Source: Bacteroidota bacterium (GTDB taxonomy: Bacteria > Bacteroidota > Bacteroidia > NS11-12g > UBA955). Taken from it: 64,000 nucleotides of DNA. The translations under genes were made by a program, and so were the position numbers. The notes beneath the pieces were generated by a model. The model saw only the letters and a program-made list of their open reading frames with translations. It was not told the DNA's origin and searched no databases. The stretch covers positions 179,441-243,440 of the forward strand of contig JAMLHC010000002.1 in assembly GCA_023957335.1 (NCBI GenBank). Direction: 5' to 3'. Shown here one piece after another: positions 46,921 through 57,666 of the stretch; position 1 is the first letter of the stretch, and the number at the start of each line of letters is the position of its first letter.

Positions 46921-47628
46921 ATGGCAAGGACACACAAGAAAATAAACATCGCGATTGATGGTTGGTCTGCATGTGGCAAAGGAACTATGGCAAAAAGCCT
47001 TGCAAAACATTTTAACTATCTCTTTATTGATACAGGCGCAATGTATCGCGCATTTACATTGAACGCTCTTCAAAACAATATTTCATCAGATAACAACATA
47101 GCGATTGATGAACTCATTCGCAATTCTACCATTACATTTAAACAAAACCCAAAGACTCTTGATTTTGAAATTTATCTCAATGGAAATAATGTTGAATCCC
47201 TTATTAGAAGCCAAGAAATCAACAAGCATGTCAGCCGTTATAGCGAATTGTCTTCTGTGCGTAAATTTTTGGTCAAACAGCAACAACAAATTGCCATAGA
47301 CAAGGGTGTGGTAATGGATGGGCGTGATATAGGAACTGTTGTTCTGCCGGATGCGGAGCTGAAAATATTTATGACCGCTTCACCCGAAATAAGAGCACAA
47401 AGAAGGTTTTTGGAGCTCAAAGAAAAACACAGTGATATTACCCTTGAAGAAATAGCGAAAAGCCTGCGAGAGCGCGACCATATTGACTCTACAAGAGAAG
47501 ACAGTCCATTAAAACAAGCAAAGGATGCACGTGTGCTGGACAATAGCAACCTGACTCGCGATGAGCAACTGCAAATCGCATTGGAGTGGGCAAATGAAGC
47601 ATTGGCAAAGTCATCTTGGTTGCCTTAG
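46921..47628 (+). CDS. cmk: cytidylate kinase
   Basis: INIAIDGWSACGKGTMAK, GAMYRA, and DGRDIGTVVLPDAELKIF are present. Confidence 0.9.
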   Translation: MARTHKKINIAIDGWSACGKGTMAKSLAKHFNYLFIDTGAMYRAFTLNALQNNISSDNNIAIDELIRNSTITFKQNPKTLDFEIYLNGNNVESLIRSQEINKHVSRYSELSSVRKFLVKQQQQIAIDKGVVMDGRDIGTVVLPDAELKIFMTASPEIRAQRRFLELKEKHSDITLEEIAKSLRERDHIDSTREDSPLKQAKDARVLDNSNLTRDEQLQIALEWANEALAKSSWLP

Positions 47629-47633
47629 AATAA

Positions 47634-47663
47634 TTGCGCCAATACCCTGAGGCATTGGCGCAA
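47634..47663. terminator. 10-bp-stem hairpin between convergent cmk and pruA (bidirectional terminator candidate)
   Basis: The stem is TTGCGCCAAT / ATTGGCGCAA, a perfect 10 bp, with a 10-nt loop. Confidence 0.6.
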
Positions 47664-47692
47664 ACAATACAAGCAATAAGTTTGAAATTAAA

Positions 47693-49324
47693 TTATTCTT
47701 CTTCCAAAAAAGGATATTTATAATCTATTGGAGGCGTAAATGTTTCTTTAATGGTTCTTTGTGAAGTCCATCTTAGCAAATTAACCTTAGCACCTGCTTT
47801 GTCATTTGTTCCTGATGCTCTTGCGCCACCAAATGGCTGTTGCCCCACAACAGCTCCGGTTGGTTTGTCATTTATATAAAAATTACCCGCAGCATGTCTC
47901 AATTTGGTCGTTGCTAATTCAAGCGCGTATCGATCTTGTCCCATAATACTACCCGTCAATGCATAAGGTGAAGTATTATCCACTAGTTCAAGCGTTTCTT
48001 CAAACTTGTTTGCATCATAAACATATATAGTCAAAACAGGTCCAAAAATTTCCTCGCACATGGTGACATACTTTGGATTTTTGGCTAAAAGAACGGTAGG
48101 GTCTATAAAGTAACCTTTGCTTTTATCATGATTACCTCCAAAAACTAGTTCAACATCAGAAGAAGACTTAGCATTGTCTATATAATTTGCAATCTTATTA
48201 AAAGCCTTTTCGTCAATCACAGCATTAATAAAATTGCTAAAATCTTCAACCGGACCCACCTTCATTGATTTAAGTTGTGATACCAACTCAGTTTTAACTT
48301 CACTCCAAATGTTAGAGGGAATATATGCACGTGAAGCAGCAGAGCATTTTTGACCTTGAAATTCAAATGCGCCTCTTGCCAGGGCAGTAGCCACTTCTTT
48401 TGCTTTTGCAGAAGAGTGTGCTATTACAAAGTCTTTGCCACCGGTCTCTCCAACTATTCTTGGATAAGATTTGTATTTTGAAATATTATCTCCGATTTGC
48501 TTCCAAACAGACTGAAACACACCGGTAGAACCCGTAAAATGAATACCGGCAAAGTCAGGATGACTGAAAATCACATCCCCTGCAGATGGTCCATCAACGA
48601 AAATCAAGTTAATAACACCATCAGGGAGTCCGGCTTCGCGGAAAATTTCCATCAGTACTTGTGCGGAATAAATTTGTGAATTTGCAGGTTTCCAAACTGT
48701 CACATTACCCATCAATGCTGGGCTTGTTGGCAAATTACCTGCAATAGACGTAAAATTAAAAGGTGTTAATGCAAACACAAATCCTTCCAGAGGTCTATAT
48801 TCCAATCGATTCCATATACCCTTGCTGTTTACAGGTGGTTGTTCACTGTATATTTCAGTCATATACTGTATGTTGAATCTCAAGAAGTCAGCAAATTCAC
48901 ACACTGCATCAATTTCAGCTTGAAAAGGGTTCTTGGATTGTGCTAACATCGTTGCAGCATTCAATTTTGCCCTATATGGACCGCTGATAAGTTCGGCTGC
49001 TTTCAGAAAAATAGCAGAGCGTTGCTCCCATGCCATTGCTTCCCACTTTGGTTTGGCAGCCAATGCAGCATTGATAGCTTGTTCTACATGAGATTTATCT
49101 CCCGAATGGAAAACTCCTATTTTGTGATGCAAATCATGTGGAGGAAAAATGTCTTTGGTTTTGCCGGTTCTAATTTCTTTACCTCCTATAAACATAGGAA
49201 TATCAATAACCTGATTTCTCAATTCGGCTATTGCAGCTTTCAATTCTTTTCTTTCTTTAGACCCCGGTGCATAGTTGAGCACGGGTTCATTTTGAGGTGT
49301 AGGTACTTTAAAAAATCCGTTCAT
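47693..49324 (-). CDS. pruA: L-glutamate gamma-semialdehyde (1-pyrroline-5-carboxylate) dehydrogenase
   Basis: Aldehyde dehydrogenase motifs are present: VGETGGKDF and FEFQGQKCSAASR. The length of 543 aa is typical of PruA. Confidence 0.85.
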   Translation of the reverse strand: MNGFFKVPTPQNEPVLNYAPGSKERKELKAAIAELRNQVIDIPMFIGGKEIRTGKTKDIFPPHDLHHKIGVFHSGDKSHVEQAINAALAAKPKWEAMAWEQRSAIFLKAAELISGPYRAKLNAATMLAQSKNPFQAEIDAVCEFADFLRFNIQYMTEIYSEQPPVNSKGIWNRLEYRPLEGFVFALTPFNFTSIAGNLPTSPALMGNVTVWKPANSQIYSAQVLMEIFREAGLPDGVINLIFVDGPSAGDVIFSHPDFAGIHFTGSTGVFQSVWKQIGDNISKYKSYPRIVGETGGKDFVIAHSSAKAKEVATALARGAFEFQGQKCSAASRAYIPSNIWSEVKTELVSQLKSMKVGPVEDFSNFINAVIDEKAFNKIANYIDNAKSSSDVELVFGGNHDKSKGYFIDPTVLLAKNPKYVTMCEEIFGPVLTIYVYDANKFEETLELVDNTSPYALTGSIMGQDRYALELATTKLRHAAGNFYINDKPTGAVVGQQPFGGARASGTNDKAGAKVNLLRWTSQRTIKETFTPPIDYKYPFLEEE

Positions 49325-49359
49325 TTCTTTAATATTATTATCTGTTAAAAATCAATCAA

Positions 49360-50133
49360 TTACTTTCCTTTAAAATTGGCTTTACGTTTTTCGACAAAGG
49401 CAGCCATTCCTTCCTTTTGATCTTCGGTAGCAAATAGCATATAGAAATTTTTGCGTTCAAAAAATAACGCTTCCTGCAAAGGCATTTCAAATGCTTTTAA
49501 AACACTTTCCTTAGCCATCTGTACTGCAATCGGTGACTTTTCAGCAATCTTTGCTGCTAATTTCAAAGCCTCATCAAGATACACTTCCACCGGCACTATT
49601 TTGTTTACTAATCCGTATTTCAATGCTTCGTCAGCAGAAATAAAAGTTCCTGTAAGTACTAATTCCATTGCCTTAGCTTTACCTATTGCTCTTGTAAGCC
49701 TTTGAGTTCCGCCTGCACCCGGCATCACGCCTATATTAATTTCAGGCTGACCAAATTGAGCGGTTTCTGACGCAATAATCATGTCGCAAACCATGGCAAG
49801 TTCGTTTCCGCCTCCGAGACAGAACCCACTGACAGCAGCTATAATTGGCTTCTTTGTTTTTCGGATAGTATCCCAAGTAGTAAACTGGTCTATTTTCAGC
49901 ATATCAACTGCACCCCTGCCCGCCATTTGTTTAATGTCAGCACCGGCAGCAAATGCACGCTCATTTCCCGTAATAACAATAACCCTTGTATCTTCATCTT
50001 CGTCCAAGTCCAAGAGTGCATTTTTTATCTCCTGCATAAGTTGAAGATTGAGCGCATTCAACTCTTTTGGACGGTTCAGTCTAATGAGGGCAATATAAGG
50101 TCGGATGTTCTTTTCTACTTGTATAAACTCCAT
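49360..50133 (-). CDS. enoyl-CoA hydratase (crotonase family)
   Basis: FAAGADIKQM, GFCLGGGNELAMVCD, and PEINIGVMPGAGGTQRL are present. Confidence 0.9.
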   Translation of the reverse strand: MEFIQVEKNIRPYIALIRLNRPKELNALNLQLMQEIKNALLDLDEDEDTRVIVITGNERAFAAGADIKQMAGRGAVDMLKIDQFTTWDTIRKTKKPIIAAVSGFCLGGGNELAMVCDMIIASETAQFGQPEINIGVMPGAGGTQRLTRAIGKAKAMELVLTGTFISADEALKYGLVNKIVPVEVYLDEALKLAAKIAEKSPIAVQMAKESVLKAFEMPLQEALFFERKNFYMLFATEDQKEGMAAFVEKRKANFKGK

Positions 50134-50364
50134 GTTTCTGCGTTAAAAAAAGGACTGCAAAGCTAAGAAAAAATAGGGACAAAAAGGACAACAAACTCAC
50201 TGATTGACCGCATGAATAGAATAAATTGCAATCTATTTACAAGATACAATGAATACCAATTAGACGGAGTTTTCATTGAGAAACAAACCCAATCTGAACA
50301 CAAATAATAAGATTGCCGTGTAGCGCAAGTAGCTACGCTCAGATATTTAACAAAAAATAAATGA

Positions 50365-51654
50365 TTAGATATCCAACAGGGCAACTGCGGGATTGCTTCC
50401 ATTGAGCAACATTTCAGGGTTTTCCAATAATGTTTTAACCATGTAGAGGAAGCTGACAGACTCACGCCCATCAATCACTCTGTGATCATAGGAAAGGGCA
50501 ATATACATAATGGGGCGAATTTCAATTTTGCCATTCTCTACCCAAGGTCTTTCAACAATATTATGCATTCCCAAAATGGCGGATTGCGGAGGGTTAATAA
50601 TCGGTGTGGACATCATTGAGCCGAAAACCCCACCATTGGTGATTGTGAAAGTACCTCCGGTCATTTCTTCTATTGAAAGTTTATTATCACGTGCTTTGAC
50701 AGCCAGTCTTTTTACCTCGCTTTCTATTTCGGCAAGTGTTAATGTTTCTGCATTTCTGATAACGGGCACAACCAATCCGCGAGGACCCGAAACTGCAATA
50801 GAAATATCATAAAAATCATTCAAAACAATTTCATCTCCATCTATAAATGAATTGACCGCAGGCCATTTTTGGAGTGCTAATACACAAGCGCGGGTAAAAA
50901 ATGACATGAAGCCCAAGTTGACATTGTGCTTTTCTTTGAATGCATCTTTATATTTTGCTCTCAAATCCATGATAGGCTTCATGTTTACCTCATTGAAAGT
51001 GGTTAGCATCGCGGTTTCATTCTTAGCCATCACCAGACGTTTTGCAATGGTTTTGCGCAGATTGGACATTTTTTCTCTTTTCGCGTCTCTGCCACCGTCT
51101 CCTTTTAAATAGCCTGCACCCTTTGCACTTCCTCCACCATGTTCAACAGCAGCCTGCAACACATCCATTTTGGTAATTCTTCCATTGAGTCCACTGCCTT
51201 TTACTTGTGATGCATTTAACCCATATTCTTTTAAAAGTTGTTCGGCTAAAGGACTTGCAGAATAGATTGCTTTTGCAACCGGTTGTTCTTGTTTGGGTGC
51301 AGATTTGCTTTGGGTTGTCAAATCTTTTGCAGGAGTCTCAACAGTTGTTTTTACAGCTTCCGGCTTGATGACTGCCGCTTTCACTTCGGTATTTACTGCT
51401 TTTTCAGGAGCTTTTGCAGTGGTATCAATCTTCGCCACCACATCGCCCACTTTAACGGTATCACCTTCCGCTGCAGTAAATTTTTCGATTATACCTGCTT
51501 TTTCAGCATTAATTTCGAGCGTAGCTTTTTCGGATTCAACCTCAATGATAGGCTGATCTAATTCAACGTAATCGCCTACATTTACAAGTAGTTTTGATAT
51601 GGTTACTTCACTGATTGACTCTCCTGGCGAAGGAACTTTTATTTCTAATGACAT
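50365..51654 (-). CDS. sucB: dihydrolipoyllysine-residue acyltransferase, E2 of a 2-oxoacid (probably 2-oxoglutarate) dehydrogenase complex
   Basis: The lipoyl domain ([10 protein letters not shown]), an E3-binding segment, and the catalytic motif [13 protein letters not shown] are present. No E1 gene is adjacent, so complex specificity is uncertain. Confidence 0.75.
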   Translation of the reverse strand: MSLEIKVPSPGESISEVTISKLLVNVGDYVELDQPIIEVESEKATLEINAEKAGIIEKFTAAEGDTVKVGDVVAKIDTTAKAPEKAVNTEVKAAVIKPEAVKTTVETPAKDLTTQSKSAPKQEQPVAKAIYSASPLAEQLLKEYGLNASQVKGSGLNGRITKMDVLQAAVEHGGGSAKGAGYLKGDGGRDAKREKMSNLRKTIAKRLVMAKNETAMLTTFNEVNMKPIMDLRAKYKDAFKEKHNVNLGFMSFFTRACVLALQKWPAVNSFIDGDEIVLNDFYDISIAVSGPRGLVVPVIRNAETLTLAEIESEVKRLAVKARDNKLSIEEMTGGTFTITNGGVFGSMMSTPIINPPQSAILGMHNIVERPWVENGKIEIRPIMYIALSYDHRVIDGRESVSFLYMVKTLLENPEMLLNGSNPAVALLDI

Positions 51655-51772
51655 TTTTATTTTGACTAATTAAAGTATTTGAAAGTTACCGTGCAAAATT
51701 AGGGATAATTTGTGTATCGAGTAATTAAGTTTGAAAGGTTTGCAATCAGAAGATTCTTCTTAATTTTCAGGC

Positions 51773-53884
51773 GTGAAAACGGACTTGTCTGAATTTGAGA
51801 AATTAAACATCAGTGCGCTGGGCAATTACAGCACTTCACGACTTAGCTTATTACAAAAAGAAATTGGAATCATTACAATAGGCGACCTGTTAAATCACAC
51901 TCCCATTCGCTATTTGAACAAAACCTCCCATGTGAATATCGCTGATTTGCAACCAGGTTCGGAACAAGTACAGGTTCGCGGCAGAATTGAATCTGTAGAA
52001 GTGTTAGGTACTAAAAATGCACAGAGGTTGAAAGCTGTTTTCTGTGATGCCACCGGTTGTATGGAACTTGTCTGGTTTCGTTCCATTCCTTGGGTAAAGA
52101 AATCCTTGACTATAGGTCAAGTTTACACCGCTTTTGGCAGAGTAACTGAATTCAAGACTGTACTGTCAATGTCGCACCCCGAACTACAAGTCTATGATCC
52201 CAATAAAAAAGAGGAATCTAAAGGATTTATTCCAATATACCCTCTCACCGAAAAGTTAAAAGCGTCCAAGATTGACTCAAAATTTATTTCAGAGCTGAGC
52301 AAAACAGCAATCAACCATGTAAATTTCGATATGCCGGAATTTATTCCAAAGAAAATTATTGAAAAAATGGAACTTCCTTCTCGTGCAGATGCCTATAAAT
52401 CTCTTCATTTTCCTGTCACATTGGAACTTGCACAGAAAGCGTTTGATCGCTTTAAATTTGAGGAAATTTTCCTATTTCAGTTGCGAAGCGAAAGAACCCG
52501 ACTCACCAGAATAAAAAGTTCTGTTGGTCCCAATATTATTAAACCGGGTTATTTTTTCAATGAGTTCTACAACAAACACCTTCCTTTTTCCTTGACAGAT
52601 GCACAAAAGCGCGTTATTAAAGAAATTTGGACAGATATGAAAAGCGGTGCACAGATGAACCGCCTTTTGCAGGGAGATGTGGGCAGCGGTAAAACCATAG
52701 TGGCATTTATCTCCATGTTACTTGCTATTGACAACGGTTTTCAGGCTTGTATGCTAGCACCTACAGAAATCCTATGCCAGCAACATTATGAATCACTCCA
52801 AGAATGGGCTATTCCGCTCGGGCTTAAGGTTGCACTGCTAACAGGTTCCACACCTAACAAAGAACGCGAAGATATGTTGCAAGACCTTGCCGAAGGAAAA
52901 TTGTCTCTCATAACAGGAACACATGCTATATTAGAAGACAGGGTAGTTTTTAATAAACTCGGTTTGGTTGTCATTGATGAACAACACCGATTTGGAGTAG
53001 CTCAAAGATCGAAACTTTGGCTCAAGTCAAATCCTTCGCCACATATTCTTGTAATGACCGCCACTCCTATTCCTCGAACACTTGCCATGACTGCTCACGG
53101 AGAGTCCGACCACAGCATTTTGGACGAACTTCCGGCCGGTCGCAAACCCATAGTGACAGTGCACAAAGAAGAAAAAGACAGATTGGGTATTATGTCCTTT
53201 ATCAAAAATGAAATTGAGAAAGGAAGACAAATTTACTTCGTTTTTCCATTGATAAATGAAAGTCAGGCATTAGACCTCAAAAACCTCATGGAAGGATATG
53301 ATATGGTGGAGAGCTATTTCCCCACACCTCAATACAGGATTGCAATAGTACACGGTCAGATGCGACCTGAAGAAAAAGAGAAAGAGATGCAACGTTTTAA
53401 AGACGGGATTGCACATATCATGGTTGCCACCACCGTGATTGAAGTTGGGGTTAATGTTCCTAATGCCAGTGTTATGATAATTGAAAATGCAGACAGATTT
53501 GGATTATCGCAACTTCACCAACTACGAGGGCGCGTAGGGCGTGGAGCAGAACAGAGTTATTGCATTTTAATGACTGAAAATGAACTTGGCAAAACAGCCA
53601 ATGAACGCATGAACGCCATGGTGCGTCACAACGATGGGTTTGAGATTGCCAAAATTGACTTGAAACAAAGAGGACCGGGAGATTTGCTTGGCACCAAACA
53701 AAGTGGTCTGCCGGACTTTAAGTTTTTAGACCTGGCAAAAGACGATTATTTTATATTTCTTGGAAAACAAGCGGCTGCTTATGTTTTGCGCGAAGATTCC
53801 ACACTGGGCAAGCCTGAGAATGCAATGCTTAAAAGCTATTTACTTTCACATAGCAAAGACAATTTTTGGAGTAAAATATCTTAA
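51773..53884 (+). CDS. recG: ATP-dependent DNA helicase RecG
   Basis: Helicase motifs are present: LLQGDVGSGKT, VIDEQHRFGV, and QLHQLRGRVGRG. The start is a GTG. Confidence 0.9.
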   Translation: MKTDLSEFEKLNISALGNYSTSRLSLLQKEIGIITIGDLLNHTPIRYLNKTSHVNIADLQPGSEQVQVRGRIESVEVLGTKNAQRLKAVFCDATGCMELVWFRSIPWVKKSLTIGQVYTAFGRVTEFKTVLSMSHPELQVYDPNKKEESKGFIPIYPLTEKLKASKIDSKFISELSKTAINHVNFDMPEFIPKKIIEKMELPSRADAYKSLHFPVTLELAQKAFDRFKFEEIFLFQLRSERTRLTRIKSSVGPNIIKPGYFFNEFYNKHLPFSLTDAQKRVIKEIWTDMKSGAQMNRLLQGDVGSGKTIVAFISMLLAIDNGFQACMLAPTEILCQQHYESLQEWAIPLGLKVALLTGSTPNKEREDMLQDLAEGKLSLITGTHAILEDRVVFNKLGLVVIDEQHRFGVAQRSKLWLKSNPSPHILVMTATPIPRTLAMTAHGESDHSILDELPAGRKPIVTVHKEEKDRLGIMSFIKNEIEKGRQIYFVFPLINESQALDLKNLMEGYDMVESYFPTPQYRIAIVHGQMRPEEKEKEMQRFKDGIAHIMVATTVIEVGVNVPNASVMIIENADRFGLSQLHQLRGRVGRGAEQSYCILMTENELGKTANERMNAMVRHNDGFEIAKIDLKQRGPGDLLGTKQSGLPDFKFLDLAKDDYFIFLGKQAAAYVLREDSTLGKPENAMLKSYLLSHSKDNFWSKIS

Positions 53885-53913
53885 GTCGTATCGTTTTAAA
53901 AATCTCGAGAACA

Positions 53914-55869
53914 TCATCCTCGCTTGTCATTCGCTTCATTTGTCATAAATCCACCGGCTTCCAATCTTTGTTTCCAATACTCATAAAGAGATGGTCTATT
54001 TCCACTTGCATCTGCAATCCGTATCAAGATTTCCAACGCTATGGCGTTATCAGGATTGAGTTTTAACGTCCTAAGTGCAGTTTGATTTGCATTTTTAATA
54101 TCACCTGTCAGATAGTAAAGCTTGGATTGTAACCCCATCGCAATATCATCTCGCGCATCGAGTTTGAACAAAGCAGTCAAATCTGATTGTGCTTTTCCAT
54201 AATGTTTCAAGTCAATCTCAAGTGATATCAGCGCATCCATAAAGGGTGAAAAATGTGGTTTAATTTTTACAGCTTCTTTCATCCATTCCAATGCAAGAAG
54301 TTTGTTATTTATATTTTCAAAAGACTTTGCAATTCGATAAAAAGTCCATGCATCCGAGACAGAGTCTCGATTAATCTTGCCGGCAAGTGCAGGTATTTGA
54401 ACAAACTCGTTAGCAGTATAATGAAAATAGATTTTGAGAATGATAGCATACTGCGAATTTCCAAGTTGGTTATAGAGTGTTTTTGCCTTTTGCAGATAGA
54501 AAGGATTGTGTTCAAATTTTTCATAATAAGACACATATCCTGCAAAAGTGCTTGTCACATCTGCTTGCTTAATATTGACAGAGCGCAAACCCAACAATTT
54601 CCCTTGCCCATGTGTGCTCTTGCGGTCATAATTTTTTCTAATAAAATGGTCATGCACAGTAACATGAGGAATATCAACGGCTCCGCTTCTGGGCATGTGA
54701 CAGGAAACACAGTTATTGTTTTGCAATTTTATTTTGTTCTTATCTTCAGAACATACGGTTTTGGGAGTTGTATGACAGCTTTGACAAGTTTGATTAAAGT
54801 GTGCATCCGTCATTGAACGTACGCTTACATGCGGGTCGTGACAGGTGATACAAGTGAAACTCATATTAGAATTAAAGTTTTCTTCGTTGCCTTTATTGCT
54901 TTGAATAAAACACTGACTCATTTGCAAACGCTCGGAATGAGCCCCCATACGAAATTCCTCATCTTCACTGTATTCCGGCATAAACACCGTAAAAATTGAA
55001 CTCAGTGGCATACCTGGTCTGAAATCATAAAAAGTTTTTCCGGGTTTGAGCACATTATCTCCCTGCAAATGACATCTTTGACAAACATCGGTCTGTAACT
55101 TATAAGGAAGTTTGCGTGGATTGACAATAGAAGAGTCAAACTGATAGGGGTCTTGAACAAATCTGCTTGTCAGCCTGCGAGCAACATGCAATTCCCCCGG
55201 ACCATGACATCGTTCACAATTAATACCTTCGGGAATTTCAAAATATCGATTATCTGATAGCTGGTCGGGTGTTGGGTACGCATTGTGACAGGTCATGCAC
55301 TCGGATTCGATTCTTCTTTCAAAACGAGGATTATTACCTCTGAATCCCGGTGGCAAATCCCACATTCCGCTTTGGGTGTAAAATGTCATGGGTGCCTGAA
55401 AAAGAAATCCGTTTCTAATAATCATGTGTGAGTTGGTATGATGTCCGGACCCGATGATATAATCAATCTTTTCTTTGCGCTGATAGACAGTATCGTCATT
55501 CAACAGTCTGAATTCTTTGATAAAGAAAATATCCCCTTCCCAAAATGAGGTATAGTGCAAATCTTTGAGTGTATCATACACGTGACCATCACCATGTCCA
55601 AAACTTGCACTCTTTTGTTTTGTTGCTTTCCCAAAAGACATTCCCATTTCGGTATGAGAAAATTGTTCAAACTTGTCTTCATGACATTGTCTGCAAACCT
55701 GGCTGCCAACATATTTTACAGAGTCATGTGTATTCAGATATGGACTTTCAAAGTTTGCGGCATTTGATTTATCGTGCGACTTAATACTCCCTGTGCATTG
55801 TGTAAGCACAAAGAATGAAGCAATAATAACGCATAGTACCAAAAATTGAGCTTTGTTATTTGCGAACAT
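53914..55869 (-). CDS. seven-heme c-type cytochrome fused to C-terminal TPR repeats
   Basis: There are seven CxxCH motifs (CRQCH, CMTCH, CERCH, CQRCH, CITCH, CQSCH, CVSCH). The C-terminal helical repeats are TPR-like. The ATG at 55869 gives a signal peptide (MFANNKAQFLVLCVIIASFFVLTQC); the ORF is open to a TTG at 55884. Confidence 0.75.
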   Translation of the reverse strand: MFANNKAQFLVLCVIIASFFVLTQCTGSIKSHDKSNAANFESPYLNTHDSVKYVGSQVCRQCHEDKFEQFSHTEMGMSFGKATKQKSASFGHGDGHVYDTLKDLHYTSFWEGDIFFIKEFRLLNDDTVYQRKEKIDYIIGSGHHTNSHMIIRNGFLFQAPMTFYTQSGMWDLPPGFRGNNPRFERRIESECMTCHNAYPTPDQLSDNRYFEIPEGINCERCHGPGELHVARRLTSRFVQDPYQFDSSIVNPRKLPYKLQTDVCQRCHLQGDNVLKPGKTFYDFRPGMPLSSIFTVFMPEYSEDEEFRMGAHSERLQMSQCFIQSNKGNEENFNSNMSFTCITCHDPHVSVRSMTDAHFNQTCQSCHTTPKTVCSEDKNKIKLQNNNCVSCHMPRSGAVDIPHVTVHDHFIRKNYDRKSTHGQGKLLGLRSVNIKQADVTSTFAGYVSYYEKFEHNPFYLQKAKTLYNQLGNSQYAIILKIYFHYTANEFVQIPALAGKINRDSVSDAWTFYRIAKSFENINNKLLALEWMKEAVKIKPHFSPFMDALISLEIDLKHYGKAQSDLTALFKLDARDDIAMGLQSKLYYLTGDIKNANQTALRTLKLNPDNAIALEILIRIADASGNRPSLYEYWKQRLEAGGFMTNEANDKRG

Positions 55870-56032
55870 GAGTAACCACTGCAATGTTAATACAATCTAT
55901 TAAACTTTATAGACACAGTGATGTTGTTACCTTATGTGTTTGCGATATTTTTTGAACAATAAAATACATTCAGCTTTCTACACAAGGTTCTTAAAGTGTT
56001 CTGCGTAATGATTAGATTGCGTGTATAAAACA

Positions 56033-56052
56033 AGTTGACAGAATTGTCAACT
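56033..56052. other. perfect palindrome AGTTGACA-GAAT-TGTCAACT
   Basis: It has 8-bp arms and a 4-nt spacer. It lies about 110 nt downstream of the T9SS-protein gene and about 165 nt upstream of the cytochrome gene start. Confidence 0.5.
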
Positions 56053-56159
56053 CAACTATCTAAAAACAATTCAAAAAAAATCAAATACCAAGTAAAGGCA
56101 GTGAAAGTCAAGGCGGAGTCACATGCAGATAGCTCTCCAACACCGCAACATAAGGTTAA

Positions 56160-57476
56160 TTACTGCTTAATTACTCTGTGAATAGTGGATTTGCCTTCTC
56201 CTATACCATGAGTTATTTCAACAAAATACACACCCGGTGGCAAATCTGTCATATCAACAGACTGGGTTTTATATTGCTCAAGTACAAGGTTGCCAAGTGC
56301 AGAAAATATTTTGATATTAGGCTCGTGCACCCCTGCAATATCAAATCTATCAGAGGTGGGGTTAGGAGAAATTGAAACTCCCATTTCATTCCCTGACCAA
56401 TAATATTTAACTATGGGTGAATACTGAAATTTATTATCCATATCCACCTGTTTGAGTCGGTATAAATTATAGCCGTTAAAAGGAGACTCATCAATGAATC
56501 TGTATGCAGCACTTTCGCAGGAACCACATCCGTCAACCTTGCCTATTTTCTGCCAAAATACACCATCTGTAGATTTTTCAACATCAAAATAATTGTTATT
56601 CTGCTCAGAAGCCGTTACCCAATCATATATAATCTGGGTTTCTGTGCCTGTCAAAGTTTGACTCTCATAGTGTACGGGCAGATAGACTGTCAATGAGTCA
56701 AAAGGTCTGAGCCAAAAAGAATATTGTCTTTCGGTAGGGTTATTTCTCCTTTTACCTATCACACCTGCCCTCATGTAAAAATATTGGACATTCGAAAAGT
56801 TCATCTGAACCATAGCCACTTTGTTTATGGTGTCAATATTGTTAAATACGGGGAAGTCGCTCACATTTACAACCCAACTTCCAATTATACCGGATGAAAT
56901 GGTAGAACCGGGTATCCCAAAGGGCATTGAGGGAGCGCTCACATAATTAATTTCCTGAAAAGCATTATTTCCCGTACTGCTTCCACTTCCATCCAAGTCA
57001 ACTACCGTAACCGGCAGACAAGCTAAAGTATCCAGATTATTATCAAAGCTATTAGAACCGCTGCCGTTTTTAGATGCAAATTCCACAAAAAATTCAGCCC
57101 AAGCTGTGTCAGTCGCTGAGGAAGAACTCGGAAATCTGACCATCGGCTGCCAAGGTTCATTATATCCTCTTGTTTTGTCTAAAGGACCTGCAGGTGTTTG
57201 ATCCCAATTTGAAAGCGTAACAGAGGAAGAAGAGCGTGCAACCCATGTAATCCTCATAAACACATCCGGACTCGAATGAATTTGTACTACTCTCTGTCTT
57301 GTTCCTCCCGTAACTCCACTGCCACTGGGTGTCCAACTCACCCCAGTCGTAGGAGTCCCGATGACAACATCATAGGTGGGTAGCACACACTGAGCCTTAA
57401 CAAGAGAAGTACCGAATAATAACAATATTACCAGTAATATCAACTGAGCATACCTTTTATAACTAATATATACCAT
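56160..57476 (-). CDS. secreted protein with T9SS C-terminal sorting domain
   Basis: The signal peptide ends at VKAQ. The C-terminal ISPNPTSDRFDI..IKIFSALGNLV..LPPGVYFVEI is a Por secretion tail. Confidence 0.75.
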   Translation of the reverse strand: MVYISYKRYAQLILLVILLLFGTSLVKAQCVLPTYDVVIGTPTTGVSWTPSGSGVTGGTRQRVVQIHSSPDVFMRITWVARSSSSVTLSNWDQTPAGPLDKTRGYNEPWQPMVRFPSSSSATDTAWAEFFVEFASKNGSGSNSFDNNLDTLACLPVTVVDLDGSGSSTGNNAFQEINYVSAPSMPFGIPGSTISSGIIGSWVVNVSDFPVFNNIDTINKVAMVQMNFSNVQYFYMRAGVIGKRRNNPTERQYSFWLRPFDSLTVYLPVHYESQTLTGTETQIIYDWVTASEQNNNYFDVEKSTDGVFWQKIGKVDGCGSCESAAYRFIDESPFNGYNLYRLKQVDMDNKFQYSPIVKYYWSGNEMGVSISPNPTSDRFDIAGVHEPNIKIFSALGNLVLEQYKTQSVDMTDLPPGVYFVEITHGIGEGKSTIHRVIKQ

Positions 57477-57666
57477 ATTGATTCCAAGCTAAATAAATGA
57501 AAAATTCAAACAAAGACCATCAAAAATAAAAGTATAAAATCAAATTTCCCTTACGCAAAGATAACTCCTTTTTTATTTTACACAAATTATTATACAAAAA
57601 AAAACAGCCTTCACCCTTTTTTCACCTCTAAGTTTTCTTACAAATTAATTACGTTTGCATACGACA

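Noticed and set aside
50163-50474. 103-aa minus-strand ORF in and next to the 230-nt gap downstream of the E2 gene
   Set aside because: It overlaps the E2 3' end in another frame, its sequence is implausible, and no motif was recognised.
54253-54816. 187-aa plus-strand ORF inside the multiheme cytochrome/TPR gene
   Set aside because: It is antisense to the frame carrying the TPR repeats and CxxCH motifs, and its product is low in complexity.
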